Shown here: in pieces, positions 49,135 through 61,494 of the stretch
Numbering within the stretch: the first letter of the stretch is position 1
How the letters are laid out: each line of letters starts with the position of its first letter
Origin: Gordius albopunctatus
Lineage: Eukaryota
Direction of reading: 5' to 3'
Assembly (NCBI GenBank): GCA_964276515.1
Contig: OZ193910.1
Span: forward strand, 4,836,001-4,900,000
DNA: 64,000 nt
Position numbers and translations under genes: made by a program
The notes under the pieces: generated by a model
What the model was told of the DNA's origin: nothing
Databases searched by the model: none
Seen by the model: the letters and a program-made list of their open reading frames with translations, nothing else

Positions 49135-51466
49135 CTAGCTGTGCCCGGCCAAGCGTTGCTTTGGCTTTAGTCCTTAATTAGCTAAATGGGTCAATCGTTT
49201 ATGATATAAAAAAATATAGGAAAAGGCATACTTATTCATAATTAAATAGATTTGTAATAGTTTAAAATTTGTGAATTTTATATATTGAAAAGTGCGATAT
49301 TAACAATAATATGCATAGTTGGGTAACAAAAATTTATAAACCACTGCACTGGTGTATAAAAGTTAGATATAATGTTCGACAATGTATAGAAAATAGTTTA
49401 TTACAGCGTTCATAGTAGTGTAATGTCATAGCCTAAAATCTATAGTATCAAAATGAAGAGATATCAAAAGATCCCCTTCAAATTTGGTTAAATGAAGGCT
49501 TTTATAATATTTGGTTGGAATGAGAAATAATTAGAAATTATACAAATTTCCGCGTGTATAATGGAAGCATTGCACATCAAGCGTTTAACAGCAAGACGTA
49601 AACCATTTCAAAATTTTGGCTGACTAAAATTGCACATCGCGATACTTGGTACGACAATTTTCGAATGCAGAATATGAGGTGGCATCCCTGCCAGATCATT
49701 TTAATTGAAAGATTCGATTGCATAATTTGCGTCATCAATAATAACAGCAGTGTTAACCGACTTGTAAGTAATGGGATTACCTTGAATGTTAGACAGAATG
49801 AGATTGTTAAGCTCTTGGACGTCATTATTCTTGGGGGCGAGAATAGCCCGTTGGCGGAAGCAAAGTCGATCATGATAATGGGCGTTAATATTTGGAAACA
49901 CTTTATCAACCAAGCAGTTTAGATGGAACAAAATTGCACATGTTGGTAGGAAAAGAAATCCGTCCTGAGCATATATCAACGTGCACGGTTCCCTTCCCAA
50001 TTTCTAGCCATTAATGGGAGAATATCTCACATGCAGGATGATTTTGAAATACTACACGCATATTAGTAGTTAGATTTAATGTTTTGACATAAGGCAACAA
50101 AATAGAATATTTTAGGCAGGCATTAATTTCATGCGCAGGGGTGGATCGTAAGAGAACCGGTAAAGTTTGCCTGAAATCTCATGCAAGCAATAACCTTGCG
50201 TTACCAACAGGTTTTAGGGTTCTTTGTAAATCTTGCGATTACCGATTAGAACTTAGAGCGGTTTTTCATAAGCCATTGTGCATTCATCCCAAACGATAAG
50301 TTTGCACTTCTGTAATACGATACTCATTCCATATGTTCTGGAAATGTTGCACATTATAGTTTCACAGTAATAAGCGTTTAAAGGCAATTTTTAAGCTGAA
50401 TGAGCAGTTTTTACCGGGTAATTAAGTGACAGCCCTTCCGGAAGACGCTAGAACCACGGCTATATTAATTTGGGAACGAATAGTTGCCAGAGCAAAGTCA
50501 GTAGGAAAATTTTATCAGTTCCTCCTCAAACATCTAAGAAGAAGACTTTTCCTTAACTTTTATTGACAACAAGCAAAATCATATTGTAAAGGGGAGGGGG
50601 GGGAAACGTTTTAAGTTAAATTAGGATGGGGGGGGGAGGCAAAATAAAAATTGTTTAAATTTTTAAGGGATTTTGTATTGAATTTTTTTTGTCATTTAAG
50701 GGGGGGGGGCATAAATCCAAGGGCTATCTACCTAGACTATTGCGTTCCGCAGTTGAATGGTTGCCACGCTACCACCATCCTCTGTTAATCTTATTTTTTA
50801 TAAAGGATACCTATCACTGCCCGTAATCTAACTAATGTAGAGCAGACGTTCCGATTCAATTTTGGCTCACATATTACATTGATGGAATAATTGGCGGTAT
50901 TTTAAATATGATTTTCTTCGTGCTCTAGAAGCATTATTCTGTATGAATAATCATATATCTGCATTTCAAGTTTGTCGGTTAACGATTGTCTGCATTTATC
51001 AACTTACCGTTAAAGTAATCTTTTTTTACTTTTAATATTAATAACCTAACTTCATAAAAATAGCAAAAAAGCACGAAACGTGAGATTGTTTCTACAAGCG
51101 CGCGTTATATTTATTTAAGAAAATGGTGATGTTTTACGGTATCGAGAATATTTATTTGTTACAGGTTTATATATTGTAAAAAAACAGGCCTATTTAGGTA
51201 AAAAATTGAGACTCAAATGACAAAGCAATCGTGGAAAAGGTTTAATTAAGGTAATTAGTAGCACCATAACGATAAATAAGTATAAAAAACGTAGTATAAA
51301 TAATGCGCTAAAAAAACAGTGTTCTCACTGTCGCAGGTCGATAAAAAGTATCTATAAACCATCTAGGATGCTAAGGCAATAATCTGGCCAAATTTGGTGG
51401 CGATCGGTTGAGAACTCTAAAAGTTATTAGCGTTCAAAAAAAGGGACTTCGATTTTTATATATATA
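49135..51466 (-). mobile_element. Internally deleted Helitron with PIF1-helicase remnants
   Basis: Minus strand has a 3' hairpin GCCAAAGCAACGCTTGGC followed by CTAG|T at 49135, and a TATATATAAAAATCGAAG-type 5' start near 51466. Helicase fragments (LIVWDECTMA, RAILAPKNNDV, YKSVNT..YAIESFN). A MITE is inserted at ~50590-50730. Confidence 0.85.
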
Positions 51467-51467
51467 A

Positions 51468-52445
51468 ATTTGGTGCCAAAGTCGTGGGGATTATTTTGAT
51501 GAGTATTTTCCATCTTGACCTGGTAAGCGCCATATCGTGATTAATCTAATTTATTTTCACAACTTTGTCGACTTACCCTTTCCACGTGACACGAGGGGTC
51601 GTCCTCTTCCTCTCTTCTTCTGTACCTCCATGTACATCGATATACATCATTTTTCCCCGTTCTTAGTATATGCCCATACCACCTTAGCCGATTTTCGTTG
51701 ATCATGTCCGCCACAGATTGAATACCCAATTTTGTCATGAGAGTCATTCGTTATATGGTCGAGACCGTATCATTCTCATCTCGGTGGCGTGTAATAGCTT
51801 TTCTTTCGTGGTGTTTAATGCCCATGTTTCACTTTCACAGAGTAACACCGGTCTTGCGGGTAAGCTTTGCTCTTCAAACATATTGATATTTTCTTGTCGC
51901 ACATTGCACCGGATATACTTCGCCATTTAAGCCATCCTTGTTGAATCCGGGCATTGACTTCTGGTGCCCAACCTCCCTCTATTCAAACCTGTCTACTTTT
52001 GAATATTTTAGATGGTAATCTAGTGATGGAGTGCCTGTAATCTTCATCACCATGTATACCGTTTTTCGGTCGCTGACCTTTATCCAATATCCAGCTAAGC
52101 AGGTTGACCACTTTTAGGCTTCTTAGAATACTTTTCCTCTGTCTCTTCTCATAGTACTATAACATTGGCATCTAGCATATTGGCGATGGCTTTTGAATGT
52201 CTCTCGTTATCGTGTCCATAATTATTTTAAATAAAAAGGGATTTAAAGCAGATTCTTGATGTAATCCAATTTCAACCCGAAAAGGTTTAGAGATTCCAAC
52301 TTTCGTTCTAACGCACGAATTTGAGGCGTTAAGCCACATATATGCGTCAGGGATATTTTTATTCTCAGCGACCACCATATTAAATCGCAAGGGACCGAGT
52401 CATACGCTTTCTCCAAGTCATTCATTATAGACCATGTAGGTCTCT
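51468..52445 (-). mobile_element. 5'-truncated, decayed RTE LINE copy (same family as 8302-11392); its extreme 3' tail lies beyond the Helitron at ~49116-49134
   Basis: Colinear with 8320-9375, with substitutions and several deletions (DLEKAYDSVP, GLHQESAL, RLRWYGHILR). Tail ATCTCCGTTCTTTATCA at 49114-49130 matches ATCTTCTTCTTCTTTATCA of the full-length copy. Confidence 0.9.
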
Positions 52446-52692
52446 GAAGGGGAAGACCCAAACGGGATATTCCCCTAACTCTTGTTTTATTTTATTTTTT
52501 TCATACTACCACACATAACATAATGTATATATATATATATATTACGCGAGAAATTTTATACACTTGAGCGTCAAGGGTTCAGTAAGCACAAAAAGAAACT
52601 ATAAAGAGGTAAAAGTAGGGGGGGGGGGTCAATTATAGTAAAATTCTTAGGATCTTTTACGGTCTTTACGGTTATGCAAACCAGTTGTTGTT

Positions 52693-53822
52693 CTAAGGGT
52701 CATAAAAGTTCGAGCGTGACCACTGCACAATCCCTGCCAATTGAGCATCGTCGAAGAAGGATTTCCTTGAAGGAGCATCCGCCGGGTTAGCGTTCGTTGG
52801 CACCCATTTTTTTGTTTAATTTTCAGCATGTGATCCAGACCCATACGGTTGCAGATTTTCGTGAAGGCGAGCTCTAGATGAGGGGTGTGTGCGCTGCCTT
52901 TCTTGATGATATAGAAAGCCGTTTTACTGTCAGTGATGACCTTGGTGTTGGCGTGAGGTGTATCGAGCAGTGCCTTGATGTAAGCTAGTGGTATGGCGAC
53001 GAACTCTAATAAGTTGATGGTGGGGATGAGGTTTTGGCAGCGAAAGATAGCCAGAGCATCACCTTTGGCAATAGAGAGGACTTGTCCGCGATAAAACAAT
53101 CCAATGTGTGATGAGGAGGCATCCCCCGCTGTGAAACCAAATGTGTCGTATCTCATACGGAAGGGCGTAGAGAGGTGGCTTTGGAGAATGAGGAGTTTGC
53201 GTGTGACGCATTCTGTGTTGAACTCGATCGGTTCCGCAGACAAAAACATGTTGTACAGAGGGGATATGTATTTTGACCATTCCGTCAGCATGTACGTATA
53301 ATGCGTGAGGTTACCTAGGCACGTTTGCGCGACCAGAGGGTGCGGCCATTTGTTCTCTGCTACGAAGTGATTGATTATTTGTATTGCTGCATCTATTTTC
53401 TCCACGAATTTTCTGTTGATCTTAAGTGTGTGAGACTCGAGATTCACATTAATACCTAAGTAGTCAATGATAGTACGTGGTTCAACGGAGGATTTTTCCC
53501 TGTTGATGGATAAATTCCAGCATTTGGCAAGATAAAGGAATCTCCTAGTGTCCGCTTTAACCAGTTTTTTTGAGTCGCCGTAGATCAAGATGTCGTCCAG
53601 GTAGACGATGTATTTCGACTTGGTAACTGCCTTTTTGCATAAATCCAACATGATTTGCTGTAGTACAAATGGGGAGAAGCTCGCTCCCATAGGCAGAACC
53701 TTGTCATAAAATGAACAAGATTTTAAAGCAAATTTTTTGAAATTTCCCAAATATTTTCGTCGTTCTTTGCGGCCTTTTTGTCTAATATTTTCATCAATGT
53801 TGATCAGACATCTTTGCGACAT
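52693..53822 (-). mobile_element. Reverse transcriptase (motif B onward) + RNase H of a hepadnavirus-like / HEART-type or DIRS-related retroelement, 5'-truncated, one frameshift at 52807-52813
   Basis: KVLPMGASFSPFVLQ, YLDDILI, LSINREKS..P..IDYLG, VAQTCLGNLTHY..ISPLY, GDASSSHIG, INLLEFVA, ITDS. After a -1 shift in an A7 run, WVPTNANPADAPSR (52806-52765) and a stop at 52693-52695. The block is visibly more GC-rich than its flanks. Confidence 0.8.
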
Positions 53823-56016
53823 TGAGTCCTCAGGACCATGAAAGGAAAGTTAATACATATTGTCTTTAGTTATTGGTGGAGCTGAACCCGTTAAGTATCT
53901 TTAATGGGTCTAGCCGGGATTCGAATTGAAGGGGGATGATATGTTGGAAAATGATTTAAAGAGGGGCAACATTGGGATTTTCGTAATTTAGATTTTATGA
54001 AATACATAAAAAGATTTGGATTGGAAGGGGGGAGACAGTATTAAAAACTACCTTCGTTAAGTCTTAAAATTTAGAATGATAAATATAAGTTGGTTATAAT
54101 CTACAATGAAAAAAAACGACCAAATATAAACTTTTAGGAACAGTTAAGCAATTCTAAACCAATCTAGAAGGAAACCCATAGCTTTTACAGATTTCTTGAA
54201 CAAATGGCCACCTATGCTAGTTACCGTGATCGAAGCTAACTCAAGTTGTCCGTAAAAAATCCTCCGATCAATAATTAAAATTTTAAATAAACATGTTCAT
54301 GGTGATAATATACATGTCAGTTAACTCATGCGTTAAATCTGATATTATGAAGCATACATCTAAGCAAACCCTTAAATTGTTAAAGATATAATCTGCCTTT
54401 TGATAAAACTTTTCAATTTTCCCAAGGGACTTAGCTATCATGCAACATTAGCTTTAAAATAATCATGTGCAGTGCAATAGATCTAAGGATGAGACTTATA
54501 GCCATTTTGTCCATTACTTATAAAGCAAAAGCGTTGTTTTCATGGGCGTAGCCAGGGGGGGCAGCCCCTCCCCCCTAAATGACAAAAAAAAATTTCAATA
54601 CAAAAACCCTTAAAAATTAAAAAAATCAAGTTTTGCCCCCTTCCCTTAATTAAATTCAAACAACTTTCGCCCCCTTCCCTAATCCAAAACCTGGATACGC
54701 CCATGATTGTTTGCTTTTTGGTTCTATATCCAAGAGATTAAATTAAACTATTATACATTTTTAATAAATATTAAAATGATGAGAGAAATTACGATACATG
54801 CTATCTTTTCTGAAGAACAAGACAAATTTTGTAATTAAAATGCCTATTTTTCTTTATATAATTATTTGTAATAATCTTGCTTTTATCATAATTCTTCAAA
54901 TAAGAATGATCGTCTAAACCATATTTTGTGGTGTTTTTAATTTCTTATAATTTTGTGTCATTTATTTTTTATTTGTTTTTGAAAATTTATATTGAATATT
55001 ACCACCTAACAAAATAATGCATTCGACAAAAAATAAATAAAATTCATCTTCTATTGCATTAAACTAAGCCTAGTTTTTAAAAGGAAAGTATGGTCCATTT
55101 CAGCATATATATTTGAGACGAGTCTATATTACAATTATTATAGATGACATTTAAAATGAACTTGATAGATTTATATTAAAATTGAGATTATGTGAAAAAT
55201 TGAAATTTATGGTATATTATTTGGTAAGGTACACAATTTTAATAAGGCCCGGGGCCGGCCCGGGCGTCGCCCATACAGGTCTCTAGGTAGGACATACGGT
55301 TTATAAGATAAATATATTGCAATAAATATTCGTTATTTTTTAAAATTAATGTCCTTGGGAAAAACATGATTGATAATTAAATGCATAGCATAATCTTAGC
55401 ATATTCAAGATAAATTTTTGTGTTTCTTTCGAACTAAACCATGAATAGAAAATCAGTTTGAAAATTTTTAATTTATTAAGCGTTAAGCGGATATAAGCAG
55501 TTAATAGAATGCGATATGCTTCAAATGTTGTATAGGTAGAGCCCTGCATCCTCGGTCCGACCCCGAAACTTTTTATTAATTTTGTCCAAGCCCATTTTTT
55601 TACTCAGGCCCGACCCAAGCCCGGCTGGTCTTTTTAAGAAGTAAATTTATAAAAAAAAATTATTGACGCACCTTTAATTTAAAATAAAAATGTTTTGGCT
55701 CCTCTAAATAGCCTATTCAACAAAGAAATTAGTTAAAAGTTTAAAATAATACTTTTACCCGATTTTGCCTTGGGTCGAGTAGACCCATTAGGCCCGACCC
55801 GACCTGGTAAAACCTATAATTTTAAGAGTAGCGAAGGTAATAAAATTGAGAAGCTTTATTAATTATAAATATCATGTATAGCAAAGTTAAAAGGAAAACC
55901 GAATATCAAAAATAAGTTTAAATAAATTCGCATAACAATAAACATTTTAATAAATAAATGTAGGTGGCTTAAAAGCAGTGTCCCATATAGTTTTCGTTCA
56001 GTGCACTTGGCAGCTC

Positions 56017-59000
56017 TTAAGAGTTGGTAAATTTTGGGTCGCGTTTAGCTAGGAAAGCTTCCATTCCTTCTTTTCGATCATTCTTCCGATTAAAACAAGT
56101 GAAAAATCATGTAAAATTCAAGTTTTTCAAATAGAAGGTAATGAATGATTAAATTTTATTAAAATGCTTACGGTAGCAAATGTTGCGTAAAAGGTTTTGC
56201 GTTCAAATCGCATGCCCTCAGCAAGATTGAGTTCGTAAGCTAATAACATATTGCGTATAAAAATTAGATACGTTAATCTAAATTGCGGACTCGAGTACTA
56301 CTATCTCATATTAAATTTTGTGGATCATAGACTATTAATACAAGATGGTGGTGAAAGGCTGATTTTAAAATTTATTGAATAACTTAAACCACTTTTCGAT
56401 CTGAGCCCGGGCCTCTAAAAATAATATTTTTAAAAAAATGCCCAGCTCACCCAAAATATAAAAAAATTCAACAAATTCTTTCTCGCCAAATAAAAACTAA
56501 CATTTTATTGATTTTGACTATATAATTCAATTCACATTCGATGGTTAAAATTACTTCTTTCAAGTACAGTCCTCAATACAATTTCGTTTCAAATTTAAAT
56601 TGAGTCAGCCTAAAAAACCACAGGAGAAGTTAAATTATCCAAATTGGAGTGCTCTATCCGTACAAAACTCCGAACTAATATAATTGAGTTGAAATGCTAT
56701 AATATCTGAACTCATTATTCGTATAACTTAAAATTAAGATCAATGAAGTTAATTCTAAGCCTCTTAAATATTTTTGCAAAAAAAAGCATTGAATTTCTTA
56801 CAAAGCTAAGTTATTAATTTTTTGCGATTTTATTTAGAAACTTTGCTGCATCTGTATTTTTAACCGCAAATTCTAAGATTCATGACTTATAACTATGTAA
56901 TAGATTAAATATGAGATTACTAAACTAGATATTTATTATGACTATATTATTTAAAAAAAATGCCAAATTGGAGCTGTGTACCCTGTTAATTTATCGCAAC
57001 TAAAAACTGGCAAATCTTTAAGGGGGTAAATGTATATAGTAAATAAATATGCAAAACAATCATGTTTTATTATACAGCTAAAAAATTCATTGGGGCCAAT
57101 TTGTATCAGGTTAGATCATAGTATTCACAACAAATACCTTTATTAAAATTTATAAAGTAATTAATACATACATTATTATAATACCAAACATTAATCTCCT
57201 GTGAAATTTGGATCTCTTGATAATTAATTTGCATCTTAAATATTCTCTTTTAATAATTTATTTTTCTTTTCCTATCTCTCGAAATTTTTTTATTTTTTGG
57301 TCATAACAATAAATCAATATCATCTTTTTCCACGAGCGATTATGTGTAGAGCCTAAAAGTATTATTACTACTAATCACTGCATTTACAAATTGTGCCCAT
57401 CGGATTTTGTCTGATGATAGCAATCATCCTTAACAATATCTTGATTTGTTACCTTAAAACTTTTATAAAGATCCCGGGTGTAATGCTAAGCGATTAAACG
57501 TCGTAAGCCTCGAATCGAAAGTAGTTCGGACAAATGAGTTAGATAGATTATCAAGGCCCCCTGTTCAGACTTTTGCTGACCCATCATATTAACAACTTCG
57601 AAAGTAGATTTTCTGATTTTTCGTAATGTATGATGGCAGTAATAGTGTCGGCATTGTGCGACTCGGAATTTAAAAAGTGTCGTAAAATGACATCTATATT
57701 TCTAACAGAAATGGAGCCCAATTTTTCCGTGTGCGCATGTCAAGTAGACTGATTATTACAAAATTTCTAGATTTTAGCACAAAAAGTAAGCCGTGCTTAC
57801 TTATTTTCATCCCAAGCGGTTCTTACTGTATTTAGTGTTTGACGTGCCATAGTTAAAAAGTAATTGTAGGGAGATTATGCAATTAAATTCAAGGCAGATA
57901 ACATATTCCCGTGAAATGAGCACTTGGGGTTGGTTAATGAAGATAGAATAAAATATAACTTTAAAAGTGAAGCCAAATTTTTTACATTTTTCAAAAATTT
58001 TTGATAAAATATATAAAAATCAGTTATTTTAAAAACCGCAGCTAGAGCACTCCAATTCTCAGGTAGCAATATGTTTGATTGCTGCTCTAGCAGGTCAAGC
58101 AAAAATTCCTTTTAAAGTATATTTATAAGCTCAGTCCAAAATAATTATGAGTAAGCATAAGAGGTTGAAAAAAATATGTGCCTTGACTGATTTACATAAA
58201 AGGGGTAATCTATGCTCTGGCAGTGTTTTGGGGACATATATGACAGCATTCACGATAAATGTCTTTAAAAGGTTAAAAAATGGCTATTCTCAATATTAAT
58301 TTAATAAATTTATTGTACATTTAAGATTATAGAGCAATCACTAATATGATGATAAAGCGGTTATTGAAGTAAAAATAAAATTTAATAATTTTTAAACAAA
58401 TAGTTAAAGGGTATCCAAGACCCAGGCCCACCCAAGAGAGAAAACCTGGTCCCATGCCCCCCCCCCAAAGGGAAAAATCTTTGGCCCCCTGGCCCTTCAA
58501 GCAATTTTTTAATTTTTTGTAATTAAGAAACAATTTCATAATTATTTGTTTCTGAATAAAACTTTTAATTCTGAACTTAATAATGTCCGAAGAACTGAGA
58601 TGTATCAACATTTATTGGCACTTTGTTATTTGTTTTTTCATTTTTCTCCTTATTTAACGCGCAAAAAATAACAAAATTAGATTTTTTGATTTATTTAGCC
58701 ACGCAGGAGGAGACACGACCGTCTTATAATAATAATTGACGTAAAAAATAAGCAAAAAAATGACTTTGATTCATGGGCGTACCCGGGGGGGGCAGCCCAA
58801 CCCCCCCCCCCCTAATTTAAAAAAAAAAAATAATTTTTCAATACAAAAACCCTTAAAAATTATGTTTTACACCCCCGCCCCGGGCGGCTGCCCCCCCCCC
58901 TAATTAGTCAGGGGAGGGCAGGGAGGGCGGCTACCCCCTGCGGGTCAAAGGAAAAATTTAGGAATTTAGTAGTCGAAGACCTTTTTTTGCTCCCAGGAAA

Positions 59001-60449
59001 ATTTTTGTAGTCAAGAAAAAAATTTTTTTTAATCTGCCCCCCCCCTAATTCAAAACATGCGTGCGCCCATGCTTTGATTTAATATTTCAAATCGTAAAAA
59101 GTTTCCATTTTTCGCATGCACACACATAGTTTCAATTAGATACGCAGTAGGTCATGAGGTTGCGTTTGATTGACATTCTATTAAACGTCAAAACGTATAA
59201 AACAAACTCGAAAACTACTGGACCGATTTGGCTCGAACAAATCTTAAAACATGCTCCGGAGTGTGGGGAATAAACTGTGAATCGGTCTGGTAGTTTTTCA
59301 AAATTAGTGGCGGCATACATACATAGTTTCATTTTTATATATAAGAATTAAGGAAAGACAATTTAAAAATTACAATAAACTAAATAAAATCCAGTTTATT
59401 CTAAAAGAAATAAAATAATTTTTTTCATCTATTTTAGTCTTAAATATTTTTTAAATTTATATAAACTTATAATTTTGCTTAAATTTCAAAGAAACATTAA
59501 AAAAATTTAAAAATAGAATGTACCTGCATTGACAGCTTCCTTACACATAGACACTATAAGAGGTGAATATTTTGCAATTTTTTCTCCCAACTTTACTGCC
59601 TCTTCCACTAGTTTGTCAGGTGGAAATATTTTGCTAACAATACCTAATTTTATTAACTTGATTGCAATATATTGTGGTATCTATGCGTATATAAAGACAA
59701 ATCAAAATCATACCAATTTGTTTTGCCTCTTGAGCATTAATTGGTTCACCACTTAATACCATTTCCATTGCTACTGATTTTCCTGCAGATCTTATAAGTC
59801 TTTGACTACCACCAGCCCCTAATTTAATTTGTTAAAATTACTGTTCAGTATAAGACTTACCAGGGGTAGTTCCTAATTTAATCTCAGGTTGCCCAAACTT
59901 GGCAAGTTCACCAGCATAAATTATATCACACATCATTGCTAATTCACAACCACCTCCTAGCTACAAATGTTAAGAGATTATATAATTGTTATTGGCCTTT
60001 AATAATTAAAAAGTACTGCAAATCCATTCACAGCTGCTATTATAGGTTTTCTAACAGCATTCAAACCATCCCATTTTTCTATAAATTTTTCCTTAGTGAC
60101 TTGGGTAAATGACTTTTCACTCATTTCCTTAATATCAGCACCAGCGGCAAATGCTTTTTGACTTCCAGTTATAACTATAGCCCCAATATTAGAATCCTTA
60201 TCTAATGATTTGCACGCGTCTACAAGCTCCACAATTAATTCGTCGCACAAAGAATTTAAAGCCTTTGGTCTATTCAAAGTAATGAGGCCTACATTAGCCA
60301 TGGGCCCTCTTTTTTCCATAATAATATTATGGTAATGCATCATACCAGCTTAAAATCGATTATTAAATAAAGTCTTATTTACCAAATTTATTCAACATCT
60401 TTACATTGCTGATTAAGCCTAATTTTGAAAATAGTAGAGTACGATGCAT
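56017..60449 (-). CDS. ECHS1: Mitochondrial short-chain enoyl-CoA hydratase; exons 60449-60383, 60348-60017, 59960-59861, 59818-59714, 59643-59524, 56239-56172, 56082-56017
   Basis: [114 protein letters not shown]. Short basic N-terminal targeting-like exon. Confidence 0.95.
58345..59346 (-). mobile_element. Non-autonomous Helitron copy in an ECHS1 intron, interrupted by a hAT MITE at 58772-59071
   Basis: Reverse complement of the 40602-41406 family. The MITE is flanked by a perfect 8-bp TSD CTTTGATT, which is single-copy in the other two Helitron copies. Confidence 0.88.
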
Positions 60450-60789
60450 CAGGTGATAAATCTATGGTTAAGAATTTTTCGTCGAAAAAGATAAGTATGC
60501 ACAAATTATGTTTGTACAAAGTTATGATGAGATAAAAAGTTAGCATTTAACAAGCAGTAAGTTATAATAAACTTGCAAGGTAATATACTTTTTTGGATAA
60601 AAGTTAATTTATCGCTATATAATGAATACAATATGTGTGTAAATATTAATTATAATAAAAAATATAAAAAGAGCATTATATAAGTAATATATCTTCCTAT
60701 TTTGAAATTGGCTAGAAATCCAAAAAAGATTTAAAATTAAATTTTGCGATTAAAATTGCGATTGATTGATTTAAGAAAAAAGCGGGGGA

Positions 60790-61255
60790 ATATTGGATAG
60801 GGAGATCGTCTGCCTATTTCTTAGAGTAAAGCCAAAGCCAAGAAAATGTTGAGATAGAAATATATGACTCTAGAAGAACTTTATATTTTTTCTCGCGATC
60901 CTCAGCGACTATGGTCTTATATAAGATTGGGGGGGGGGGGGGGGGGGCAAACAAGATGATTCATGATAAATCTTATTTAAAAAAAAAGCCTTTTTCCCGT
61001 GGGACTGGTGAGGAACCGTCAGGACGTATTCGACTTTCAGGTAAAGGGTCTGACGGTTCAAGTATGGAGAAATTTGGGTTTTTTAAGGAATTGCATTGAT
61101 TTTAGACTGCGGTAAATGTCTGAATATCCAACCTGCAGCTGCAGTGTAATAGGTGGCGTGCATCTTAGTCAAGTGGCACATATGATTTAGCGTATTTGAT
61201 GCCATTTCGTAGGACTTTATTGTGTAATTGCTCGCAATCCTCTACTTGGATAGGG
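60790..61255 (-). mobile_element. Remnant of an RLE-type (CRE/NeSL-like) non-LTR retrotransposon C-terminus
   Basis: Degenerate RHLLHC, EPSDPL..RIRPDG..VP.EKG and AEDREKKYKVL..Y in order, resembling the zinc knuckle and PD-(D/E)xK restriction-like endonuclease motifs. Many disruptions. Confidence 0.55.
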
Positions 61256-61494
61256 GTGAGGGGTCAAAAAGGGAGGTGGTTAAGGAAGACTGAAAGGGAC
61301 GATGTAAGTAAAATAGGAAAAAACTATGAATAGCTTAAATGTATTTATTCTTAAATAACAAATAATTTATACAAATTTACAAATAAAGAGGGTTTTACAA
61401 AAGGAGCGGTTTGCGATGGGGGAAAGTACAACAATTAATTTTTGTTAGGGGATTTTGTTTTTGTAGCCGTTGTTTTATCCCCCTGGGGTATGGG

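Noticed and set aside
53059..53280. 73-aa ORF overlapping the RT-RH frame on the same strand (a possible hepadnaviral-style overlapping gene)
   Set aside because: Short, with no surface, core or X protein features; consistent with chance in a GC-richer block.
57340..57870. Moderately GC-richer intronic segment that looks like decayed coding sequence
   Set aside because: No identifiable motif in the frames I read.
61015..61060. 11-bp hairpin GAACCGTCAGG / TCTGACGGTTC
   Set aside because: Falls within the EP..RPDG codons of the RLE-LINE remnant; no independent evidence for a structured RNA.
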